Shown here piece after piece: positions 18,550-25,802 of a stretch of 64,000 nt of DNA (positions are counted from its first letter, which is position 1; each line of letters begins with the position of its first letter). A model generated the notes under the pieces. That model saw nothing but the letters and a program-made list of their open reading frames with translations. It did not search any database and was not told the DNA's origin. Source of the DNA: Bacteroidales bacterium (lineage in GTDB: Bacteria > Bacteroidota > Bacteroidia > Bacteroidales > WCHB1-69); NCBI GenBank assembly GCA_024400755.1, contig JAKSMG010000003.1, positions 48,596 through 112,595 of the forward strand, read 5' to 3'. The position numbers were made by a program, and so were the translations under genes.

Positions 18550-20589
18550 ATGAAAAAACACTTTACCCTTATTTTCACGTTATTCCTGCTTCTCCTCCAG
18601 ATTCCCGCCTCCGCCCAGGGCGAATGGAAGTGGGCCAACTACTGGACGGGCAACGACGACCTGTTGAATCCATCTCACGCATATAACTATGTGGTGCGCA
18701 CCGCCTTTGATGATGACGGAAACGTTTATGTTTTCGGCAGCTTTGGCGGAAATGCCTTTCTGTATGACCAAAACCAGGAAATCAGATTCTCCGACAATCC
18801 CATTATTGAGTCTAATAGTTCTCCAGGCAATGTTTTGGCAAAATTCAACGCGCAAGGTGACTTGCTTTGGTATAAGTTTATCAAAAGCACAAATGGCGAT
18901 TGTCTTCCGTATGATATGGTTATCAAAGACAGTGTCATTTTAATTGCTGGTGAATATAGTTGGACCTATGCTCTGAACAAACCGTTTTGGTTTTTTGACA
19001 CGCTTATCACAGTGCAAACAGCACTTTCATATGGGAATGGAGCCTACCAACCTCCATTCACTTTTGGCAATTACTCTTACTTTGTTTATTTTGACCCTAA
19101 TGGCGATATCATTCAAAAACATTTTGTACAAACCAAATCGAGAGAATGCTATGGGAATACGCATGCAATAGCTCCACTAGGAAGCAGGTTTATAGGAGGC
19201 TATCCTATTTGTATAGATAACGACAACAACATCTACATCGCAGTAAGTATGCAATACGAAGGCAATGAATCTGACCCTTACGGCATAATAATAGATTGTG
19301 ACACCGCAAATATGTATAACATATATTTGCCAGGCAACTATTGTGGTTTGTCTCTAAACAATATTATGTTATATAAATTCGCTCCAGATTGGAGGTTGGT
19401 TTGGGGGAAACCATTGGTCCATCATACCGAAGGATTGTCCCCTGCAATCCCCACAGATACGGTGAATCCAAGTTTTAGGCCTTTTGTCGGGGGTATGAGC
19501 ATTGATAATCATGGTAACCTCTATGTGTCTGGTTATTTAATGGATATGTGGATAACTGATCAATACAACCAATACCCAATGTATATTTATTGGGACAACA
19601 CACATCGTGCAATCATAGATGATCATGGGTTGGCATTTTGCCTGCCCTTTATAGTAAAATATGATTCTGCGGGAACGGTGCAATGGTCGAATCAGGCTTT
19701 TATGAAACACGCACCCACGGCGACATGGTACAATAAGATATACTGGACAGACAACTGTGTCACAGAAAACAGTGTTTATCTTTTGGGGGATACAAGAGTA
19801 TCAGAAGGTTATAGTTCTTTATTCTATTTTGACAATGAAAATAATGACATGGATATTTCCCAATCATCATGCTATTTTGTCAGATTTAATAGAGAAAATG
19901 GAGGTTTTGAAAACAGTGGGGTTTCCCCCGGCGAAAAAACTTGTTTTGGTTCAGGGGAAACAGCTAAGCCTGCTGTTGTTAACAATCATCTTTTATGCTT
20001 GTCCAAAGATTTTTTCAACAGATATTTCATTTTAGGACAATTCAATACGAATGGCACATTTAAAAAAGGAGATACGATTGTAAACAATAGTGGTACAATG
20101 TCCGCTAATCAAGGAATTGTCTTAAACGAAACGGGATATCTTTTGAATAGTTTTATTTCAACTCAAGACCTGACTTTCGGCAATGACCTCACCCTCAATT
20201 TTGACGACCACCAACACAGTCACGCTGTTGTCGCATTACGTTACGACCCGTCCATCTTGGAACCCTACCCCGAAGACTCCACGGGCATTGCAGACCGTGG
20301 AAGTCTTAGCCGTGCGGTGGTGCGCGCGTATCCCAATCCCACCACGGACAAGGTGACGGTGGAGGTGATGATGCCCCTTGAGGATGACGAAATCTATTTG
20401 GGAGACGTCACCACCAATTACAATATGGAGCGTGTCACGGTCACTGACCTCACGGGGAAAGTGGTCTTGCAGCGCGCCGTGAGCGGCACCCGTGCGGAAC
20501 TGGACTTCAGCGCCCTGCCCGCCGGCACCTACATCATCACCGCAAGCGGCGAGATGGGCCAGTGGGAAGGAAAGGTGGTGAAGAAGTGA
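18550..20589 (+). CDS. Secreted beta-propeller (SBBP-repeat-like) protein with T9SS type-A C-terminal sorting domain
   Basis: Has a signal peptide (MKKHFTLIFTLFLLLLQIPASAQ). D-x-x-G-N/D-x-Y motifs recur (DDDGNVYVFGS, NAQGDLLWYK, DPNGDIIQK, DNDNNIYIAVS, DNHGNLYVSGY, DSAGTVQWS). The last ~85 aa (AYPNPTTDKVTVEV...LPAGTYIITA...GKVVKK) fit the Por secretion tail pattern. Confidence 0.75.
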   Translation: MKKHFTLIFTLFLLLLQIPASAQGEWKWANYWTGNDDLLNPSHAYNYVVRTAFDDDGNVYVFGSFGGNAFLYDQNQEIRFSDNPIIESNSSPGNVLAKFNAQGDLLWYKFIKSTNGDCLPYDMVIKDSVILIAGEYSWTYALNKPFWFFDTLITVQTALSYGNGAYQPPFTFGNYSYFVYFDPNGDIIQKHFVQTKSRECYGNTHAIAPLGSRFIGGYPICIDNDNNIYIAVSMQYEGNESDPYGIIIDCDTANMYNIYLPGNYCGLSLNNIMLYKFAPDWRLVWGKPLVHHTEGLSPAIPTDTVNPSFRPFVGGMSIDNHGNLYVSGYLMDMWITDQYNQYPMYIYWDNTHRAIIDDHGLAFCLPFIVKYDSAGTVQWSNQAFMKHAPTATWYNKIYWTDNCVTENSVYLLGDTRVSEGYSSLFYFDNENNDMDISQSSCYFVRFNRENGGFENSGVSPGEKTCFGSGETAKPAVVNNHLLCLSKDFFNRYFILGQFNTNGTFKKGDTIVNNSGTMSANQGIVLNETGYLLNSFISTQDLTFGNDLTLNFDDHQHSHAVVALRYDPSILEPYPEDSTGIADRGSLSRAVVRAYPNPTTDKVTVEVMMPLEDDEIYLGDVTTNYNMERVTVTDLTGKVVLQRAVSGTRAELDFSALPAGTYIITASGEMGQWEGKVVKK

Positions 20590-20592
20590 TGA

Positions 20593-20626
20593 GGGTTCAG
20601 GGTTTAGGGTTCAGGGTTTAGATGGG
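20593..20626 (+). repeat. G-rich tandem repeat with G-quadruplex potential
   Basis: Reads GGGTTCAGGGTTTAGGGTTCAGGGTTTAGATGGG, which gives five G3 tracts with 4-5 nt loops and a 14-bp unit repeated twice. It starts 4 nt after the stop codon at 20587-20589. Confidence 0.8.
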
Positions 20627-20656
20627 TGACAACGTAAATCCCGGGCCTCCGTAGGG

Positions 20657-20710
20657 ACGCAATTCATTGCGTCCGCTGGGATGTTGCGATTCATTGCGTC
20701 CGCTGGGATA
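20657..20710. repeat. Two tandem 27-bp REP-like hairpin units
   Basis: GACGCAATTCATTGCGTCCGCTGGGAT is followed by GTTGCGATTCATTGCGTCCGCTGGGAT. Each unit contains the stem CGCAAT/ATTGCG. The same core recurs at 38665-38680, and a related TAGAGACG...CGT(T/C)TCTAC hairpin is at 42552-42579. Confidence 0.8.
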
Positions 20711-20782
20711 ATGGTGGCCAGCATATAGAGCCCTTTCTCCGTGAAAACTTTCGGCAACTGAGGAGAAAATCGTAATTTTTCA

Positions 20783-20809
20783 AGGTGGTGGAAATTTTCC
20801 ACCACCTTC
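20783..20809. repeat. Perfect 27-nt palindrome (13-bp arms, 1-nt spacer)
   Basis: AAGGTGGTGGAAA-T-TTTCCACCACCTT, read directly from the sequence. Confidence 0.85.
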
Positions 20810-20934
20810 GTTTTCTCTATAGGTGCCAATTGAAAAATATATCCATTTGGAAATTTCTCAAGGAAATCGGCTCAAATTTTGGCGAATTCAAAAAAATACC
20901 GGTGAATTTTAAGCCGATAATCAAAAAATATTCA

Positions 20935-20942
20935 TATTTTTG
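20935..20942 (+). promoter_or_regulatory. -7 promoter box (TATTTTTG) for the polytopic membrane protein gene
   Basis: TAnnTTTG lies 25 nt upstream of ATG 20967. Confidence 0.5.
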
Positions 20943-20966
20943 TGCCGATTTTTGTTTTACACAATT

Positions 20967-22916
20967 ATGAATAAAACCAAAACAACTCTTCAATTTTTGG
21001 ACAAATTTAAGACTTTGAAAACAAACACGACCATAAACCATTTTTCATTTTCATCAACCTGTTTTACAATGGATACCAATGCACATTTTCGTTATCCAAT
21101 AGTTTTAAAAGTACTTTTTGCAATTTTCATTTACTTATTGACTTTTACAGGTTTTGAACCTGATCTTGCTCCAGGGCTTGACGCCTCTTATGTTTGGGGA
21201 CTTAATTGGTTGTTCGCCAACGACTATTCTACCTTATTGCAACTTGTTTACCCAATTGGACCACTGGCATTGCTAAAAATGCCAACCATCGAAGGAGGAA
21301 ATTTCATCCTATTTCTAATTGTATATTCGATACTTAAATTCGGATTCATTTTTGAATGTTTTAAACTTGCGGAATCGTATTCCAAAAATTTCTACCTGTC
21401 CGTGGTATTGATTCTTATTGCTTCCTATTTCACCAATATCGATATGCTGATAACTTTTTTATGCCTGATGTTGTGCTTTCGTTCCATAAAGGAATCAAAA
21501 TGGCTTCCATTTGCTGTAGCCGCAATATTGGCATATATCGGCCTATTTATCAAGACATCCATTGGTGTTATTTCACTGTCCATTTTATTCGTTACGATAA
21601 TTATCAATTTTTACGAAAATAGGAATTGGAAACGTTTGCTTATTCAAGCATTTATATTGTTATCAAGTGCTCTGGCTGTTGGATTAGCGGTATTTCATCA
21701 GTTTTCGACGCTATTCAAATATTTTGTTGCCGAATTTCATCTTGTAACCGGTTATGGCGGGGCTCTTTCATTACATCCGGATAATAATTGGTTTGCTCTT
21801 TCCATCTTTATCGCCATTATGCTGACCTATCCGCTTTTTGCAAAAGAAAAGGATGCAAGGTATATTTTCCTTTTGGCTTTTATTCCGCTCTTTGCAAATT
21901 GGAAACACGCATTTGTCCGCGAAGATATTACGCACTATCAAAGCATTGTGTTGTTCGTAATCATTTTTTGGTGCATCATGCTCATTACCAAAACAGAAAG
22001 AAAAAACTATTCGATTGTCTGCGCTTTGCTTTCCGTGATGATGCTTCATTGCAATATGACCAACATTCCTAATTACAAAAGTCGTAAGATAGATTATTGT
22101 GGCGTAAACAATTTCAATGATATTGTTTTGGGCTATAAAGATTTTGCGACCAGAATGAATAATATTACCGATGAGGCCATGTCGTGCGAAAAACTTCCCG
22201 AAGAAGTGCTAAAAATGATAAATTCTTCCACTATCGACTTTTATCCGTGGGAACATAGCTATGCGAAAGTAAACGGATTAAATTGGCAACCTCGAAAGAC
22301 CATTGAGATTGGCGCATCAACTTCAAAATGGCTGTCGGATTTGGCATCGCAAAATTTCTGTGGGAAATCGCGTACTGATTTTGTGTTATGGCATTTCAAC
22401 GATGACGGCTTCACCATAGACGGTCGCTATCCGCTGAACGATGAACCCAACGTCGTTTTCAACATTCTGCAAAATTACAGTCCCGCATATTACGGAGACA
22501 AATATGTCCTTTTTCAGACGAGTGACGACAAGGCAAAAATTGAACGAAAAACACTAGCAAAATTTTCTGTAAAATTCAACGAATGGATAGATGTACCCGA
22601 TTGCGGCAATAATATTCAGCGCATAAAAGTGTGGTCGAAAGTTAATTTTTCGGGATTGCTCAAAAAGACCTTTCTAAAGGACGAAATATATTACATTGAC
22701 TATTTGACTTCCGACAATAAATTACTCACCTACCGTTATGTGCCTTCAACAGCCGTTGATGGTTTATGGGTGAATCCATTCGTGACAAAGTTTCCCAACG
22801 GTGAACTGGCGGGAAAAATTGTAAAGCTTCGATTCCGTAATTCCAATAATTCGTGTGTTGCGGAAAATATCAGCGTGCAATTTGAAATATGGAATATGCC
22901 GTTAAAAAACATTTAA
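20967..22916 (+). CDS. Hypothetical polytopic membrane protein with a soluble C-terminal domain
   Basis: The N-terminal ~400 aa holds about 10 hydrophobic helices and the C-terminal ~240 aa is soluble. The gene is AT-rich. The start is uncertain: ATG 20967 is the first after the promoter box, ATG 21069 is an alternative, and the track start at 20940 is TTG. The architecture resembles large membrane glycosyltransferase-like proteins, but I recognise no motif. Confidence 0.6.
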   Translation: MNKTKTTLQFLDKFKTLKTNTTINHFSFSSTCFTMDTNAHFRYPIVLKVLFAIFIYLLTFTGFEPDLAPGLDASYVWGLNWLFANDYSTLLQLVYPIGPLALLKMPTIEGGNFILFLIVYSILKFGFIFECFKLAESYSKNFYLSVVLILIASYFTNIDMLITFLCLMLCFRSIKESKWLPFAVAAILAYIGLFIKTSIGVISLSILFVTIIINFYENRNWKRLLIQAFILLSSALAVGLAVFHQFSTLFKYFVAEFHLVTGYGGALSLHPDNNWFALSIFIAIMLTYPLFAKEKDARYIFLLAFIPLFANWKHAFVREDITHYQSIVLFVIIFWCIMLITKTERKNYSIVCALLSVMMLHCNMTNIPNYKSRKIDYCGVNNFNDIVLGYKDFATRMNNITDEAMSCEKLPEEVLKMINSSTIDFYPWEHSYAKVNGLNWQPRKTIEIGASTSKWLSDLASQNFCGKSRTDFVLWHFNDDGFTIDGRYPLNDEPNVVFNILQNYSPAYYGDKYVLFQTSDDKAKIERKTLAKFSVKFNEWIDVPDCGNNIQRIKVWSKVNFSGLLKKTFLKDEIYYIDYLTSDNKLLTYRYVPSTAVDGLWVNPFVTKFPNGELAGKIVKLRFRNSNNSCVAENISVQFEIWNMPLKNI

Positions 22917-22951
22917 TTTTGATTCACTATCATTCAATACGGGAATTTTTG

Positions 22952-22959
22952 TAACTTTG
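22952..22959 (+). promoter_or_regulatory. -7 promoter box (TAACTTTG) for lysS
   Basis: TAnnTTTG lies 28 nt upstream of the lysS ATG. Confidence 0.6.
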
Positions 22960-22986
22960 CACCTTGATTCAAAAAAGTGAAAATTT

Positions 22987-24699
22987 ATGGAATTATCAGA
23001 ACAAGAAATCATTAGAAGGAAAAAATTAGAAGATTTGTTGAATTTGGGTATTAATCCTTATCCAGCAGCAGAATATGAAATCAATGCCACAACAGCACAG
23101 ATTTTAGAGGAATTCCCGAAGGACAATACGAAATTCCAAAATGTCAGCATTGCGGGACGTATTATGAATCAACGTATTATGGGAGCCGTTTCCTTTTATG
23201 AAATCCAAGATTCTGTTGGCAGAATCCAAATCTACGCCAAACGTGACGAACTTTGCCCAGGCGAAGACAAAACAATGTACAACAACGTGTTCAAGAAATT
23301 GGACATTGGCGACATCATTGGCGTAAAAGGATTCGTTTTCACAACGCAGATGGGCGAAACCAGTATTCACATCAAGGAATTCACCATTCTTTGCAAATCG
23401 GTTTGCCCGCTGCCTATCGTCAAGGAAAAGGATGGCAAGGTTTACGACGCATTCCAGGATCCGGAACAACGCTACCGCCAACGCTATATCGACCTCATCG
23501 TCAATCCGCAGGTGAAAGACACTTTCATCAAGCGCACGCTGCTGGTCAACACCATGCGTAGTTTCTTGAACGAAAAGGGCTATTTGGAAGTTGAAACTCC
23601 CATTTTGCAGCCTTTATACGGTGGCGCTGCCGCCCGCCCGTTCAAAACCCACCACAACACGTTGGATATGACGCTGTACCTGCGTATCGCTGACGAATTG
23701 TATCTGAAAAAACTGATCGTGGGCGGTTTCAACGGTGTGTATGAATTTTCAAAAGACTTCCGCAACGAAGGCATGGACCGCTTCCATAATCCCGAATTTA
23801 CCCAGATGGAGCTGTACGTTCCCTACAAAGATTATGAATGGATGATGAACTGCGTGGAAGAGATGGTGGAACGCATCGCCCTCGCCCTGCACGGCGATAC
23901 CAAAGTGCAAGTGGGCGAAAACATCATCGATTTCAAACGTCCTTGGAAACGCTACACGATGTTTGAAGCCATTGAGCATTTTACCGGCGTGAACATTGCT
24001 GAAATGGACGAAGCCCAATTGGCCAAATTTGCCGCCGAACAAGGCGTGAAAGTGGATGAAACTATGGGTAAAGGCAAGTTAATCGACGAAATTTTCGGCG
24101 AGACCTGCGAACACAAACTGATTCAGCCGACCTTCATTTATGATTATCCTATCGAAATGTCTCCTCTGACTAAAAAACACCGCTCAAAACCAGGTTTGAC
24201 CGAACGTTTTGAAGCTATGTGCAATGGAAAGGAAATCTGCAACGCCTATTCCGAATTGAACGACCCATTGGATCAAAGAAAGCGTTTTGAAGACCAGTTG
24301 GAATTGGGCAAACGTGGCGACACGGAATCCATGGTTTTGGATGAAGATTTCTTGAGATCACTGGAAATCGGTATGCCTCCTACAGCAGGCTTGGGCATCG
24401 GAATCGACCGTCTAGCAATGATTATGACCAATTCTCCATCCATCCAGGATGTACTCTTCTTCCCGCAAATGCGTCCGGAAAAGAAGGTGGAAACTTCCAC
24501 GGACAAGGATTTTATGGAGAGAGGTGTGCCTGAAGAATGGGTTCCAGCCTTGCGAAAACTGAACATTAACACCATCGAACAGTTAAAAGCCGCCAATCCA
24601 AATAAACTTTTGAATGACCTTGGTGGAATGCGTAAGAAGCTGAAAATGAACATTCCAGCCGCCCAATTGGATGAAATTAAAAGTTGGATTGAAAAATAA
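22987..24699 (+). CDS. lysS: Lysine--tRNA ligase (class II) with C-terminal extension
   Basis: Has an OB-fold N-domain and class II motifs ([16 protein letters not shown]). The 570-aa length, with the C-terminal tail, is typical of Bacteroidota. Confidence 0.93.
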   Translation: MELSEQEIIRRKKLEDLLNLGINPYPAAEYEINATTAQILEEFPKDNTKFQNVSIAGRIMNQRIMGAVSFYEIQDSVGRIQIYAKRDELCPGEDKTMYNNVFKKLDIGDIIGVKGFVFTTQMGETSIHIKEFTILCKSVCPLPIVKEKDGKVYDAFQDPEQRYRQRYIDLIVNPQVKDTFIKRTLLVNTMRSFLNEKGYLEVETPILQPLYGGAAARPFKTHHNTLDMTLYLRIADELYLKKLIVGGFNGVYEFSKDFRNEGMDRFHNPEFTQMELYVPYKDYEWMMNCVEEMVERIALALHGDTKVQVGENIIDFKRPWKRYTMFEAIEHFTGVNIAEMDEAQLAKFAAEQGVKVDETMGKGKLIDEIFGETCEHKLIQPTFIYDYPIEMSPLTKKHRSKPGLTERFEAMCNGKEICNAYSELNDPLDQRKRFEDQLELGKRGDTESMVLDEDFLRSLEIGMPPTAGLGIGIDRLAMIMTNSPSIQDVLFFPQMRPEKKVETSTDKDFMERGVPEEWVPALRKLNINTIEQLKAANPNKLLNDLGGMRKKLKMNIPAAQLDEIKSWIEK

Positions 24700-24745
24700 T
24701 TTCAATATTATTGAAAATAATGGTTGAGGATTCAAAAAAAAGTCG

Positions 24746-24753
24746 TATTTTTG
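24746..24753 (+). promoter_or_regulatory. -7 promoter box (TATTTTTG) for tRNA-Leu
   Basis: TAnnTTTG lies 23 nt upstream of the mature tRNA 5' end. Confidence 0.55.
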
Positions 24754-24775
24754 CAGCCTCAAAACCGAAGTGAAA

Positions 24776-24859
24776 GCCGAAGTGGCGGAATTGGTAGACG
24801 CGTCGGTCTCAAAAACCGATGAGGTAACACTCGTGCCGGTTCGATCCCGGCCTTCGGTA
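24776..24859 (+). tRNA. tRNA-Leu (anticodon CAA), type II with long variable arm
   Basis: Folded by hand. The acceptor stem is GCCGAAG/CTTCGGT with a G1:U72 wobble. The D arm is GCG-GAATTGGTAGA-CGC. The anticodon arm is TCGGT-CTCAAAA-ACCGA. The variable arm is 16 nt, the T arm is GCCGG-TTCGATC-CCGGC, and the discriminator is A. CCA is not encoded. Confidence 0.9.
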
Positions 24860-24862
24860 CTC

Positions 24863-24900
24863 AAAACCCTTGTTAATCTTTGATTATCAAGGGTTTTTTG
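24863..24900 (+). terminator. Rho-independent terminator after tRNA-Leu
   Basis: The stem AAAACCCTTG ... CAAGGGTTTT is followed by TTTG. Confidence 0.8.
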
Positions 24901-24977
24901 TTTTGTCAAGGTGTACTAAAAATGTATAATCAAACAACATATTTGACTCAACTTTACTTCATCTAAAATAAAATGCG

Positions 24978-24985
24978 TATTTTTG
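24978..24985 (+). promoter_or_regulatory. -7 promoter box (TATTTTTG) for the FISUMP lipoprotein gene
   Basis: TAnnTTTG lies 59 nt upstream of ATG 25044. Confidence 0.55.
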
Positions 24986-25043
24986 CCAGTGATTTTAGAA
25001 ATTCCAAAGTTAAAATAAAAACCATCTGAAAAACATCAAGATA

Positions 25044-25802
25044 ATGAAAAAAACATTCCTTTCCATAATTCTCGTGACCGCAATTTCCGCATTTTGCCTA
25101 ACATCCTGCCATAAAGCGTCCTATCCTTCCACCGCGGAAGTCATTAAAGATGCCGTTACAGACTATGACGGCAATAAGTATGACGCGGTGAAAATCGGAG
25201 ACCAGGTTTGGATGGCTTCCAACTTGAAGACCAAACATTTTGCAAACGGCACAGAAATTCCGGAAAGCAAAACCACAGACTTAACCTCTGCAATGCGATA
25301 CAAACCCAAATGCACCAACAGTCAACTTCCCGATTTTGGCTTCTTATATAACTGGGAAGCGGCCGTAAATGGTGCCAAACCCAGTGCCAACTCCAATGAA
25401 AAAGTTCAAGGTGTTTGTCCTGACGGTTGGCATATTCCTACTTTGGCAGAATGGAAAAGTCTGATTTCTTACTTGGAAAGTGACAAGAAATATCAATCAG
25501 GAGACTCGTGTGCCAACATTGGCAAGGCTTTGGCTTCACAGAGCAATTGGAAAAGCTGCGGTACCGCCCACAGTGTAGGAAATCGTCCCGCCAGCAACAA
25601 TGCCACCGGCTTTACGGCAATGCCTGCCGGAACCTATTTCGGAACAAGTTTTTCCACCGGTGAATACGCCTATTTCTGGAGTGCCACTCCTTACGACAGC
25701 ACTTACGCCTACGGCACCTACTTATTTTATCGCTTTACCAATGCGACTACCAGTTTTGCCAACAAAGGGGACGGTTTTTCGGTACGTTGCGTGAAAGATT
25801 AG
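25044..25802 (+). CDS. Single-domain FISUMP (Fibrobacter succinogenes major paralogous domain) lipoprotein
   Basis: Has a lipobox (FCLTSC). The ordered family motifs are DGNKYDAVKIGDQVWMASNL, LYNWEAA, GVCPDGWHIPTLAEW, GKALAS..NW, GFTAMPAG, YFWSAT and GFSVRCVKD. Confidence 0.8.
   Translation: MKKTFLSIILVTAISAFCLTSCHKASYPSTAEVIKDAVTDYDGNKYDAVKIGDQVWMASNLKTKHFANGTEIPESKTTDLTSAMRYKPKCTNSQLPDFGFLYNWEAAVNGAKPSANSNEKVQGVCPDGWHIPTLAEWKSLISYLESDKKYQSGDSCANIGKALASQSNWKSCGTAHSVGNRPASNNATGFTAMPAGTYFGTSFSTGEYAYFWSATPYDSTYAYGTYLFYRFTNATTSFANKGDGFSVRCVKD

Noticed and set aside
20593-20626. TTTAGGG/TTCAGGG units as a true telomere or chromosome end
   Set aside because: There are only about two and a half units, they are internal, and ordinary genes flank them on both sides.
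24583-24909. 108-aa minus-strand ORF spanning the lysS 3' end, tRNA-Leu and its terminator
   Set aside because: It overlaps a well-folded tRNA and a terminator and has no coding signature.
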